A stretch of DNA of 60,875 nucleotides from Candidatus Hadarchaeota archaeon (GTDB lineage Archaea > Hadarchaeota > Hadarchaeia > Hadarchaeales > JAWBSP01). Shown in pieces: positions 49,848-59,348 of this stretch. The notes beneath the pieces are model-generated. The model did not search any database and had not been told where the DNA came from. It saw only the letters and a program-made list of their open reading frames with translations. A program made the translations under genes and the position numbers. Numbering within the stretch: position 1 is the stretch's first letter; each line of letters opens with the position of its first letter. The stretch is taken from assembly GCA_964474885.1 (NCBI GenBank), contig CAYYWO010000005.1, positions 1 to 60,875 of the forward strand, written 5' to 3'.

Positions 49848-50417
49848 CTAACTGGGCTTCCGGAAGAAGATCGAGAGCTCTCTCTGGGCGCTCTCGGGCG
49901 AATCCGCCGCGTGAATGACGTTCTCAGTTATGCTCTTCCCGAAATCTCCTCTTATCGTTCCCTTGGGTGCCTTGGAGGGATCAGTTGGTCCGATCAGGTT
50001 CCTCATTCGCTTGATGGCGCTTGGACCCCGGACATGCAGAACTATCACATCCCCCGAGCACGTGAACCTGATGAGGTCCTCGAAGAAAGGTTTGCCCTTG
50101 TGAGGTGCGTAAAGCTCCTCCGCCATCCTTCTGTTCAGCCTGAGCTTCCGCTGCTCGACTATCTTCAGGCCGGCTCTCCTTATCCTGGCCAGGATCTCCT
50201 CTGTCAGGCCTGCCCTCACACCATCCGGCTTGACCATGACGAACGTGCTCTCCGTCTTGGGCTGCCTGGCCCACCTGGGTCTCTTCCTCCCCATGAAATG
50301 ATACCTCTCGCACTTTGAAGAGCAGAAGAACAAGACTGTTCCATCCTTCCTTACGAACATCAGACCTGTGCCCGGCTCCAACTCCTCCCCGCAGTAGTGG
50401 CAGACCCTTGCGGGCAT
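49848..50417 (-). CDS. rpl24e-ndk: Fusion: ribosomal protein eL24 + nucleoside diphosphate kinase
   Basis: aa 1-50 CHYCG..PGTG..VRKDG..FCSSKC; aa 55-189 [33 protein letters not shown]. Confidence 0.9.
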   Translation of the reverse strand: MPARVCHYCGEELEPGTGLMFVRKDGTVLFFCSSKCERYHFMGRKRPRWARQPKTESTFVMVKPDGVRAGLTEEILARIRRAGLKIVEQRKLRLNRRMAEELYAPHKGKPFFEDLIRFTCSGDVIVLHVRGPSAIKRMRNLIGPTDPSKAPKGTIRGDFGKSITENVIHAADSPESAQRELSIFFRKPS

Positions 50418-50632
50418 CAGACCGGCTTTATCTCCCTCGCCTCTCGTTTGGTTTCCCTGAGCAAGAGGATGTCCCCGACTTTCACGGGGCCCTTCACATT
50501 TCTTGTAAGCACCCTGTTTTTGTCCTCACCCTCGAGAACCCTGCACTTGACCTGAATAACTTCTCCCGTAGCACCCGTCCTGCCCAAAATCTCAATTACC
50601 TCAGCTGCGGCTGGTTTGTCTTCTTCCTCCAT
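50417..50632 (-). CDS. rps28e: 30S ribosomal protein eS28
   Basis: [26 protein letters not shown]. Confidence 0.97.
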   Translation of the reverse strand: MEEEDKPAAAEVIEILGRTGATGEVIQVKCRVLEGEDKNRVLTRNVKGPVKVGDILLLRETKREAREIKPV

Positions 50633-50636
50633 CTAC

Positions 50637-51014
50637 TCACCTGCCAGCCAGTTTCTTCACTTGCTCGATCAGCTCCTCCACTTGAGGCGCGAGCTCGCCT
50701 GGATCCACAATGGCAACGGAGGAAGCTGCAACGTTGAGGCCTGCCATCTCCCCCAGCTTCGCCTTCTCAGGCACGTACACGTAGGGTATGCCCTTTTCAT
50801 CACTCAGCGGTGGCAAGTGGGCCACTATCTCGGGTGGATCCACATCCTCGGCGATCACCACAAGCTTGGCCTGCTTCCGCTCTACGGCTTTTGTGACCTC
50901 ATTCACTCCTCTCTTCACTTTTCCTCCCTTCTCGTGCACTTCTCTGACCACCTGGTATACCTTCTCGGCTAGCTCGCTCGGCACCTCAAATTTCACGTAC
51001 ATAGGCTTCGCCAC
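50637..51014 (-). CDS. rpl7ae: 50S ribosomal protein eL8 (L7Ae)
   Basis: [26 protein letters not shown]. Confidence 0.97.
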   Translation of the reverse strand: MAKPMYVKFEVPSELAEKVYQVVREVHEKGGKVKRGVNEVTKAVERKQAKLVVIAEDVDPPEIVAHLPPLSDEKGIPYVYVPEKAKLGEMAGLNVAASSVAIVDPGELAPQVEELIEQVKKLAGR

Positions 51015-51067
51015 CTCACCACCTCCTCATCGTTCTCTTGATTGGTTGCGCCACGATTTATAAGCTG

Positions 51068-52735
51068 TTACGGATGGGCATAAACCGCTGTGAGGGGCTG
51101 TCGTCCCTCGAGCCTGGCAAAACCCACCCTCTCGAACTGAACCACTGAACCGATGTCCTCCTTGAGCAGCTCTTTCTCAGCCAGCCCTTTCACCTCCCCC
51201 TCAGGTGTGAGGAGAGTGCAGGGGAGGCCTTCGGAAACCCACTGGATTTTCGGTACTCTCAGAACCTCGAATCCCGCGAACCTAGGCCTTCCCTCTTTGA
51301 TCTTGACATTCACAAACCCTATCAGCCTAAACTCAGAACCCTCCTCCAAGAGCCCCTTGTCCTTCCCTGATATCCAGACCCTCACTTTGTTGTCCTCCCA
51401 TTTCACCTCGATCTTCCTCTTCCCCCTCTCCGGGAAGTTGGGGTGCTTCCTTATCTCCACCTCCCTCACTTCTGGGACCCCGTGGATCTCCAGCTCCATC
51501 GGATCCGGGACGAAGAAATACCTGTTGGCTACAGGGTCGAGCAACTTCCTGTTGTTTGCGTAAAGGGTCTCCCAGCTCAGCCTGGAATCGACAAGGGTCA
51601 GGCCCACTTCGAGGAGCGTTTGCCTGATGGCTTCGGGCTGGATTCCTCTCCTCCTCAGGGATGCTAGGGTCGCAAGCCTGACGTCGTCCGGCCCCGAATA
51701 CTCCCCTCTCTCGATGCCCTCGATAATCCTGCTCTTGCTCAGCTCCGCCCCCTCGATCTCCAGCCTGCCGAACTGGATGCTCACGGGATACTCCCACCCC
51801 AGATGCCTGTAAAGATACTCCTGACACTGCTGGTTCACCTCATGCTCCTTTCCCCTGAAGATGTGCGTGATCCCCATTTCGTGGTCGTCTATCGAAACCG
51901 AGAAGTTATAGAGGGGCCAGACCCTGTAAGCCGAACCTTTGCGCGGGTGCGGGGATGTGACCACCCTGAGCGCCGGCCAGTCCCTCACAGCGGGGTTCGG
52001 GTGGGAAAGCTCCGTCTTGATCCTGACCACGGCCTTCCCCTCGCCCAGTTCGCCACCCAGCATCGCCTCCCACCTTCTGAGGTGCTCGGCCGGTCCCAGC
52101 TCCCGGCAGGGGCATGCCTCCCCCGCGTCCCTCCTGCGCTTGAACTCCGCGGGGGGACAGGTGCAAACGTACGCTCTCCCCTCCCTGATCAGGCGCTCGG
52201 CATACCTGTAGTAGAGTTCCAGCCTGTCAGACTGATAGTACTCCTCCTGCCAGTCTATCCCTAGCCACCTGAGATCCGTTCTGATCAGCTCGTACATGTC
52301 CAGTCTCGCGTTCTGGGGGTTCGTGTCCTCGAACCTCAGGATGAACTTCCCGCCATACCTCCTCGCATACTCGTAGCTCAGGAGCGCCGCCCTGACGTGA
52401 CCGAGATGCAGTGGCCCGTTCGGGTTTGGAGCGAAGCGTGTAACCACTTCCCCCCGTCTGGCTTTGGGTAACTCGGGAAGCCCCTTTCTCTCCCCTCTCC
52501 TAACCTCAGGAGGACCGAGCTCCTCCAACTTGGCTTTTTGCACCTCAGGAGGGAGCTCATTCACCTCCCTGACCACCCGCTCCACGATCCCCCTCAGCTC
52601 CCCCACCCTGGCACGCAGGTCGGGGCGCTCGGCGAGAACCCTCCCGAGCACAGGCCCTTCCCTGGCCTTCCCTCCATGCGCTAGGGCATTTGCGAGCGCA
52701 TACCTCCAGGCCAGTTTTTCGACTTCCTCCATCAA
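51068..52735 (-). CDS. gltX: Glutamate-tRNA ligase
   Basis: RFAPNPNGPLHLGH, RFEDTNP, DDHEMGITH, LSKS, QFERVGF. Confidence 0.96.
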   Translation of the reverse strand: MMEEVEKLAWRYALANALAHGGKAREGPVLGRVLAERPDLRARVGELRGIVERVVREVNELPPEVQKAKLEELGPPEVRRGERKGLPELPKARRGEVVTRFAPNPNGPLHLGHVRAALLSYEYARRYGGKFILRFEDTNPQNARLDMYELIRTDLRWLGIDWQEEYYQSDRLELYYRYAERLIREGRAYVCTCPPAEFKRRRDAGEACPCRELGPAEHLRRWEAMLGGELGEGKAVVRIKTELSHPNPAVRDWPALRVVTSPHPRKGSAYRVWPLYNFSVSIDDHEMGITHIFRGKEHEVNQQCQEYLYRHLGWEYPVSIQFGRLEIEGAELSKSRIIEGIERGEYSGPDDVRLATLASLRRRGIQPEAIRQTLLEVGLTLVDSRLSWETLYANNRKLLDPVANRYFFVPDPMELEIHGVPEVREVEIRKHPNFPERGKRKIEVKWEDNKVRVWISGKDKGLLEEGSEFRLIGFVNVKIKEGRPRFAGFEVLRVPKIQWVSEGLPCTLLTPEGEVKGLAEKELLKEDIGSVVQFERVGFARLEGRQPLTAVYAHP

Positions 52736-54045
52736 TCCAGTTCCACCGGGATCCCGTTTTCCGTCAGGTGTATCTGGGAGGGTGAGTAACCCAGTCCCCT
52801 CGCGAGCTCGTACATTATCCTGAGCCTGTCCCCGGTCCCGTGGCAGGGAAAAACATGCTCGGGGTTCACGAGCCTGAGGAACTCCATGGTCTCCTGCCTC
52901 CCCGCATGGCCTGAGGCGTGGACATCCTTGTAGACCCTCACTCCCTTGAGCTGCAGTTTCGTTTCGAGCAGCTCCCTGTTCCCTTGGGTGATCGGATTCG
53001 GGATGACGCTCGAGGAGAAGATTACCGAGTCCCCCTTCTCCAGCTTGAACGGGAGCTTGTCATCCGCCACCAGGGTCAGGACCGAGTTGGGCTCCCCTTG
53101 GTGACCCGTACATATGAGCAAGTAGTCCTCCCTGTTCCGGTTCACCATCCTCAGGAGGTTCTTGGACCTGCCTATGCCCTTCCCGATCTTGACCTCCTCC
53201 GGGAGCTTGAGGATCTTCAGCCTCATGCCCGCCGACATGTAGTTCCACAGAGACCTCCCCACGACGACGGGGAGCCTGCCCAGCTTGAGGGAGATGTCTA
53301 TGATGGACTTGAGCCTCGCCAGGTGCGAGGAGAAGGTCGTCACGATCACCGCACCCCCATGCTCGTGTGCCTCCTTCATCACCTCCCCGAGCCTGGATGC
53401 CACCCACCGCTCCGAGGGTATGGGCCCATGCTCATCCAGCCTGACCGTGCCCACCAAAGCCACCTGCACCTGCCCCAACCTCCGCAAGCTCGCATAATCC
53501 GCGGGCGGACCCAGGACGGGCTCGGGGTCGAACTTGAAGTCGCTCGCGTACAGGACCTGCTTCTCACCCCTCCTGAGCAGGACCAGGACTGTCTGAGGAA
53601 CGCTGTGAGTGGCATGGATAAAGCTTACTTCGATCTTGCCCAGCCTGAGCTTCTTGTTCGGCTTCATGGGTATAAGTCTATTGTTCAAGTTGTAGACCTG
53701 CTCCTCGCTCTTCAGCCTCTTCAGGATCTCTAGGGTGAAGGGCGTAGCTATGATGGGCGCCCTGTAGGAGCCAGCGAGCTTCGTCACCGCACCGATATGA
53801 TCCAAGTGCGCATGAGAGATTATTACCCCCCTGACCTTCCTACCCTTAAGAGCCCTGTCGTCCGGGATTATGTTCATGCCCATTAGCTCCTCCTTGGGTA
53901 AGGTCCCTATCTCGATCTCCTCAAAGCTGAGTAAGGTATCCAAGCGGATGCCCATGTCAACTATGATGCATTCCTTCCCGAAGCTTATCGCCGTCATGTT
54001 CCTGCCTATCTCACCCAGACCTCCTACCGGAAAGATCTCAACCAT
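52732..54045 (-). CDS. rnj: Archaeal ribonuclease J (beta-CASP)
   Basis: GGLGEIGRNM, SHAHLDH, THSVP, TFSSHLAR, TGHQGEP, HASGH. Confidence 0.92.
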   Translation of the reverse strand: MVEIFPVGGLGEIGRNMTAISFGKECIIVDMGIRLDTLLSFEEIEIGTLPKEELMGMNIIPDDRALKGRKVRGVIISHAHLDHIGAVTKLAGSYRAPIIATPFTLEILKRLKSEEQVYNLNNRLIPMKPNKKLRLGKIEVSFIHATHSVPQTVLVLLRRGEKQVLYASDFKFDPEPVLGPPADYASLRRLGQVQVALVGTVRLDEHGPIPSERWVASRLGEVMKEAHEHGGAVIVTTFSSHLARLKSIIDISLKLGRLPVVVGRSLWNYMSAGMRLKILKLPEEVKIGKGIGRSKNLLRMVNRNREDYLLICTGHQGEPNSVLTLVADDKLPFKLEKGDSVIFSSSVIPNPITQGNRELLETKLQLKGVRVYKDVHASGHAGRQETMEFLRLVNPEHVFPCHGTGDRLRIMYELARGLGYSPSQIHLTENGIPVELD

Positions 54046-54054
54046 GCAAGCACC

Positions 54055-54798
54055 TCAGAAGATTCGTGTGCCCATGCCCCTCTCTCCCCTCAGAGCCCAC
54101 ATCAGTCTCCCCTTCTTGAGCCCGTTGATCACATGAACCTCTATCCCTGCTCTCGCTATCTTCATTATCTCCATCACTTTCGTCTTGATTCCTCCCGTCA
54201 CATCGGTTCCGCCGCCCATCTCAACCAGCTTCTCCACATCCTTAGGTGAGAACTCGGACGCTAGCCTGATCTCCCCATCTTCCCGGATGTACAGGCCGTC
54301 CACATCCAAACAGAAGATAGCGCGCCTCGCGTGCAGACGAAGGGAAAGCTGAGAGGCTATCCTGTCCCCTGAAAGGATGATGGCATCCTTCCCATTCGGT
54401 ACCACATCCCCAAAAGTAACCGGAAGAATGCCGTTTCCGAGCAACCACTTCATCACTTTGACATCTGTCTTCACCACCTCCCCTCCTCTGACCTGAAGAA
54501 AGAGGGAAGGGGGGATGGAGAAGGGTTTGAAGCCCGCCGCACTCAGGGAACTCACGACGTGGGAGTTTAGCTCCAGCATAGCTTGGTGGATGGCATAGAA
54601 GCCCCTCTTGAGATCTTGGAGGTGCTTCCTTGCTATGGGATGGCCGAAGGAGCCACCTCCGTGCACGACAACGACAGGATCGGGGGAAAACTTAAGCTCC
54701 CCACACAGCCTCCGGAGTGTCCCCCTCCTCAGGCTGAAGGGTCTGCGCTTGTTGGTTATGCAACTGCCACCCAACTTGACCACTATGGGTTTCGTCAT
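54055..54798 (-). CDS. ipk: Isopentenyl phosphate kinase
   Basis: KLGGSCITNK, HGGGSFGH, GDVV, SGD, DVTGG; conserved position in the cluster. Confidence 0.88.
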   Translation of the reverse strand: MTKPIVVKLGGSCITNKRRPFSLRRGTLRRLCGELKFSPDPVVVVHGGGSFGHPIARKHLQDLKRGFYAIHQAMLELNSHVVSSLSAAGFKPFSIPPSLFLQVRGGEVVKTDVKVMKWLLGNGILPVTFGDVVPNGKDAIILSGDRIASQLSLRLHARRAIFCLDVDGLYIREDGEIRLASEFSPKDVEKLVEMGGGTDVTGGIKTKVMEIMKIARAGIEVHVINGLKKGRLMWALRGERGMGTRIF

Positions 54799-55634
54799 TC
54801 ACGGCTCACGACAATAGAAGCATAGCCAACTACCTCAGCCTTATACCCCGAAGTGTCTCCGCTCGTAGCATACTTCAGGAGTTCGGCCTTTTTGCCGCCC
54901 ATCCTCCTAGCTGCCTCCAGCATGGCCGCCACCGGCCCGTAACCACACATGCTTATCCTTTCCCGTTCGACCGTCCTGACCAGGCCCTCTGGATCCAGCT
55001 GCAGAATGTGCTGGATGGCTCTCCTGTCCTTTCGCACGGCCGACTCGTGCGGCTCGTAATGGGTGAAGTCGGTTGAAGCCACGAAAACCGCTCTCAGCCC
55101 AGCACACGCCTCGGCAAGGGCTTTTCCCACTTCTAGGCTCGTCTTGAGGTCTTGGAACATCATGCATATGGGCACGAACTCGAACTCGCCGAACAGGTGC
55201 TGGAGGAAGGGGAGCTGCACCTCTATCGAGTGCTCGAACTGATGGGCTACTGGGTCATCGTCTATTATTTCGCTGGAGTGCAGGATCTTTCTGGCCAGCT
55301 CCCCGTCCACACCCACTTCTCCCAAGGGGGTCACCCATTTGCCCGAACTCATGAGCGAGACGCCCGAACCTACCCCGTGGTGGTTCGGACCCAGGATGAT
55401 CAAGTGGTTGGGTCTCCCCTCCTCCGCCAGTCTGCGAAAGCCGTGGGCCGCAACGGGGCCCGAATACATGTAACCAGCATGGGGGGAAACCAAACCCAGA
55501 ATTTTTTGAGGTGCCTCCCCCAGCTTGGGCAAGCTCCCCGGACCCACCGGGTGCAGATAGCACGACTCTATCTGCTTGAGCAGCCCCTCCCGGGTCCCCT
55601 CGTAGAACTGTCCCGCAACGGCTGGTGGCCTCAT
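54795..55634 (-). CDS. MEMO1/AmmeMemoRadiSam protein B
   Basis: RPPAVAGQFY, PHAGYMYSG, EHSIEVQLPF, STDFTHY, SMCG. Confidence 0.93.
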   Translation of the reverse strand: MRPPAVAGQFYEGTREGLLKQIESCYLHPVGPGSLPKLGEAPQKILGLVSPHAGYMYSGPVAAHGFRRLAEEGRPNHLIILGPNHHGVGSGVSLMSSGKWVTPLGEVGVDGELARKILHSSEIIDDDPVAHQFEHSIEVQLPFLQHLFGEFEFVPICMMFQDLKTSLEVGKALAEACAGLRAVFVASTDFTHYEPHESAVRKDRRAIQHILQLDPEGLVRTVERERISMCGYGPVAAMLEAARRMGGKKAELLKYATSGDTSGYKAEVVGYASIVVSRE

Positions 55635-56230
55635 TCCTTTGTCTCGAACTCCTCGACAGGGAAGCGGAAGGACTGATCGAGGGGAAGCTCCCCCCTCTCC
55701 CTCAGCACCTGCCTAGCCAGAATCCAGTAGAGCAGGGCGAGGGACTTCTTACTCCTGTTGTTGGCCGGGATTACGAGATCCAGCTTTGAGGTGTAGTTGT
55801 CCGTATCGCAGAAACCGATGGAGGGGATGCCCCTAAGGAAGGCCTCGTTTAGCAGCTGCTCATCCGCTACCGGATCCGTCACCATCACGAGCCTCGGCTC
55901 GATGTAAGTTGGGAGGTTAGGGTTCGTCAGACTTCCCGGGATGAATCTCCCGACTGAGGTTTTTATACCAGTTATCTCCCCAAATTTGAGGACGGGGCGG
56001 CTCCCGTGAGGCCTGGAGGATGCCACCAGAACTCTCTCGGGCCTCTCCCTGGCTATCATCTTGGCCGCTACCCTCAGCTTCTCATCGGTCTTTTTAACGT
56101 CGATTAAGGCTACCCCATCCGGCCTGATCTTGAACACGTATTTTTTCATATCCCCCGTCCTCACAGAAGTACCTACATGAACGCCGTACTTCGCGTAGGT
56201 CTCTCTGCTGACTAGAAGCTCCTCCTCCAT
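55631..56230 (-). CDS. rps2: 30S ribosomal protein uS2
   Basis: GVHVGT, GRFIPGSLTNP, DTDN, IPANN. Confidence 0.96.
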   Translation of the reverse strand: MEEELLVSRETYAKYGVHVGTSVRTGDMKKYVFKIRPDGVALIDVKKTDEKLRVAAKMIARERPERVLVASSRPHGSRPVLKFGEITGIKTSVGRFIPGSLTNPNLPTYIEPRLVMVTDPVADEQLLNEAFLRGIPSIGFCDTDNYTSKLDLVIPANNRSKKSLALLYWILARQVLRERGELPLDQSFRFPVEEFETKE

Positions 56231-57459
56231 TCCAACTCCGCCATGCGGGCGCGGTTCCCGAGTTCCTCCTCTATCCTGATCAGCTCGTTAAGTTTCGCTA
56301 TCCTCTCTCCCCCCACCGCACCTGTCTTGATCACCGGGCATTCCCAACCAATGGCGAGGTGAGCGATCGTCTCGTCTGTGGTCTCCCCCGAGCGGTGTGA
56401 AATGACCGGCACACAACCATACTGTTTGGTCAGATCGATGGATGCCTTAGTCTGGGTCAGAGTCCCGATCTGGTTGGGCTTGATCAGAACTGCATTGCTC
56501 GATCGCTTCTCCATGCCCTTTTTTATTCTCTCCGGATTCGTGACATACAGATCATCACCACATATCATGCACTTGGATCCCACAAGCTCGGTCAGTCGGG
56601 CGAACCCCTCAAAATCCTCCTCGTGGAGCGGATCCTCCACGTACACGAGGTTGTAGGACTCGACGAGCTTGACCATGAACTCAGCCTGCTCCTCGGGGGA
56701 TCTGACCTTTCCCTCCCTCTCGTACCTGTACCTCTCCCCATCCCACAAGCTACTCGCTGCCACATCCAGGGCGGGCCTTATCTCCACCCCTTCCTCCTCG
56801 CTGACCTTTTGCACTGCCCCCGAGAGGACCTCTAGTGCCTGCTCGGTGGTCAGCTTGGCCGCCCAAGCACCTTCATCCCCCTTTCCTCCTGCAAAGAAGG
56901 GGTCCCTCTTCTTCAGCTGCTCCTTTATGGTACGGTGAACCTTGGCGTTCAGGAATACTGCTTGGCGAAACCTCCTCGCACCCACGGGCAGGACCAGGAA
57001 CTCTTGGATGTCTGGGGTAACGGGCCCAGCGTGCGCCCCACCTCCTATCAGGTTACCCAAGGGGAAAGGAAGAGAGCGAGCATCCGGGTTCAGGTACTTG
57101 TAGAGAGGCATGCCTTTGGAGGCTGCGGCGGCTTTCGCCACCGCCATGGATATGGCTACCGCCGCATTTCCCCCCAATCTGGAGAAGTTTGGGGTTCCAT
57201 CCAGCTCCCTCAGGAGCCTATCCACTTCTTCAAGCCTGGGCTCTAGGCCCGCAAGCCTGGGAGAGACTTGGCTTTCAATGAGGTGGATGGACTCCCCTAC
57301 CCCTCCTTCGGGGTAAGCGATGGCCTCGTGCCTCCCCTTACTTGCACCGCTGGGTGCCGCGGCCCTTACTCTCCCTGCCTCCGTCTCGATCTCCACTTCA
57401 ATCGTCGGGTTACCCCTGCTGTCAAGGATCTGCCTGGCCTTTATCCGCTTGATGGGCAT
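56212..57459 (-). CDS. eno: Enolase
   Basis: ILDSRGNPT, PSGAS, GDEG, EDP, GDDL, KPNQIG, SHRSGET. Confidence 0.96.
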   Translation of the reverse strand: MPIKRIKARQILDSRGNPTIEVEIETEAGRVRAAAPSGASKGRHEAIAYPEGGVGESIHLIESQVSPRLAGLEPRLEEVDRLLRELDGTPNFSRLGGNAAVAISMAVAKAAAASKGMPLYKYLNPDARSLPFPLGNLIGGGAHAGPVTPDIQEFLVLPVGARRFRQAVFLNAKVHRTIKEQLKKRDPFFAGGKGDEGAWAAKLTTEQALEVLSGAVQKVSEEEGVEIRPALDVAASSLWDGERYRYEREGKVRSPEEQAEFMVKLVESYNLVYVEDPLHEEDFEGFARLTELVGSKCMICGDDLYVTNPERIKKGMEKRSSNAVLIKPNQIGTLTQTKASIDLTKQYGCVPVISHRSGETTDETIAHLAIGWECPVIKTGAVGGERIAKLNELIRIEEELGNRARMAELEWRRSF

Positions 57460-57758
57460 TCTCTCTTCGTCTTTCTTAAATTAACCCGCGACAGGTTCGT
57501 TGATGCTGAAAATTGGGAAGTTAGGTTCGTCAATTCTCCCTAGGACGAAATAGTACGTGAAGATGTCAAGAGTTTTCGAAGGACTACAACAACGAGGAAG
57601 CACTGATGCGGATCCAAGATCTTGAGGTATGGAACCGTGCAGCTGCCTTAAAAGTCTGCAGATGGTGATGGAAGACTAAGCGAGGGTGCCAACGAAGTTG
57701 GAACAACAAAAGGAAAGCTCCTTTTTAAGGGTCGAAACATTTATGTATTTTCTTTTAG

Positions 57759-58661
57759 TTGCTGATGGACAAAGGAGTCGCATCGCTAACTAGCCTTGTC
57801 CTGCTCGGAGCTGCCCTTAGCTTGGCAACCGCAGCCTTCAATAAAGCTAGCGAGATAGAACGGGCTGTATATACGAAAGCAGGGTCGGCAGTCGACAGCG
57901 CTGTTAATTTGGCATCCCCGGTTGTAGACGAGGTTACCAACACAGCTGCTGCCACCGTTGCTCGTGGTGTATCTCACCTCCCCCATCCCCCAGTGGAAGC
58001 TAAGGCACCACGAAATCACGTGTTGATCGTCCATGGATATATGGACTGGGATTGGTCACCTAGGTTCACCGTGGTGCTGAAGGGCTATTTAATGTCATAC
58101 GGATACAAGGAGGACGAGATCCACGTACTGGCTTTGGGCCCGCATCTCGTGTTCGGCCATGACGTGCCCATGCTGACCGTGGATACGGTGAGATACTATG
58201 GATATGTGGTTCTCGAAGCTCTGAAGAAGATCTACGAAGAAACCGGGAGGAAGATAGATATAATTGCCCACTCGATGGGAGGCCTAGACGCTAGGTGGGC
58301 GATCGAAAAACTGGGCGGAGATAAGTACGTAGACGACCTCGTAACTCTAGGTACACCCCACCAAGGGACGTGGGTGGCCCTACCTGCTGCCATAACACCC
58401 GGCGGGTGGGACATGATACCCATCTCGGATGTAATTAGGGAGCTGAACGACGGACAGCTAGCACCGGGAGTCGAGTACACAGCTGTCTGGGCACTACTCG
58501 ACGAGTGCTACCCCATAAGGAAGTGGGGAGCAATGATTCCTGAACCAGAGCTGAGTTCCGTACCGAAGGCGAGAAACCTGTGCGCTGGTCCAGTCACCCA
58601 CCATGCGATGTATTTGCTCAAGAGCGTTGTTGACAAGTGGATCCCATACCTCATTGATTAA
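57759..58661 (+). CDS. Secreted lipase/esterase (alpha/beta hydrolase)
   Basis: Hydrophobic N-terminus, IVHGY oxyanion, AHSMGG nucleophile elbow, LGTPHQG. Confidence 0.88.
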   Translation: MLMDKGVASLTSLVLLGAALSLATAAFNKASEIERAVYTKAGSAVDSAVNLASPVVDEVTNTAAATVARGVSHLPHPPVEAKAPRNHVLIVHGYMDWDWSPRFTVVLKGYLMSYGYKEDEIHVLALGPHLVFGHDVPMLTVDTVRYYGYVVLEALKKIYEETGRKIDIIAHSMGGLDARWAIEKLGGDKYVDDLVTLGTPHQGTWVALPAAITPGGWDMIPISDVIRELNDGQLAPGVEYTAVWALLDECYPIRKWGAMIPEPELSSVPKARNLCAGPVTHHAMYLLKSVVDKWIPYLID

Positions 58662-58683
58662 ACTCCGAGCAGGAGGTAACCTA

Positions 58684-58700
58684 TTTGCTTTTTTCTTTTT
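58684..58700 (+). terminator. Oligo-T terminator after lipase gene
   Basis: TTTGCTTTTTTCTTTTT about 25 nt after the stop. Confidence 0.45.
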
Positions 58701-58772
58701 CATCGAGGCAGTAGATCGCCTCCTCTAAGAGAATGCAAGGCTTTTGAATTCAAGCTGGACAGCTAAATTTAA

Positions 58773-59348
58773 TTAAAGTTCTCCCTCCTTCAGTCTAATT
58801 TTTCCCTGTCTTTCAAGCCCCCTCACCGCGGCCACGAACAGGTCGTCTGTTATCCCCAGGTCCACCAACACCTTTTTCCTCTCAACCCTCCCCTGATGAG
58901 ACTTCACATAATCGAGCAGTTTCCTCTGTACTTTTCCAAGCTGAGAGGGGCCAACTGGAGAAGGGGGGAGGGTCTCTTCCCTCTGGGGCCTCTCGGGTTT
59001 GTGGGGCCAGAAAAGCATCAGCACACAACCCGCCACCATCATGCCCAGATAGGAGTAAAACTGAACAGGGTTCAGATCTAGGAGGAATCCAGCAACGGCC
59101 CAAAGGACCGTGAGGCTGAGCATACAAGCTAAGGAGATCTTACCGAGCACCCATATGCTCTCAGGGGAGGCCCCCATGAGCCTCAAGCCTCTCGCCGAAG
59201 CCACTGTAACTATAACCACACTCAACCAGGCGAGGACAGGGAGCTGCAGGATGGACTCGAGCTGGGGAGGCCAACTGCTCATATGAATGGCTATCAGAAG
59301 ACAGAGCAGAAGCGCGGGCATGTAGCTAACGAGCTCCTCGCCCCTCAT
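58773..59348 (-). CDS. Membrane protein with C-terminal winged-helix domain
   Basis: Four TM helices, then LLDYVKSHQG...AVRGLERQGKIRL. Confidence 0.7.
   Translation of the reverse strand: MRGEELVSYMPALLLCLLIAIHMSSWPPQLESILQLPVLAWLSVVIVTVASARGLRLMGASPESIWVLGKISLACMLSLTVLWAVAGFLLDLNPVQFYSYLGMMVAGCVLMLFWPHKPERPQREETLPPSPVGPSQLGKVQRKLLDYVKSHQGRVERKKVLVDLGITDDLFVAAVRGLERQGKIRLKEGEL

Noticed and set aside
52918-53733. Long antisense ORFs (also 6062-6733, 30262-30924, 44967-45683)
   Set aside because: They lie opposite well-supported GC3-rich genes and have no recognisable motifs.
57557-57606. Possible C/D box sRNA (GTGAAGA...CTGA)
   Set aside because: Degenerate C box, no convincing C'/D' pair and no identifiable guide target.
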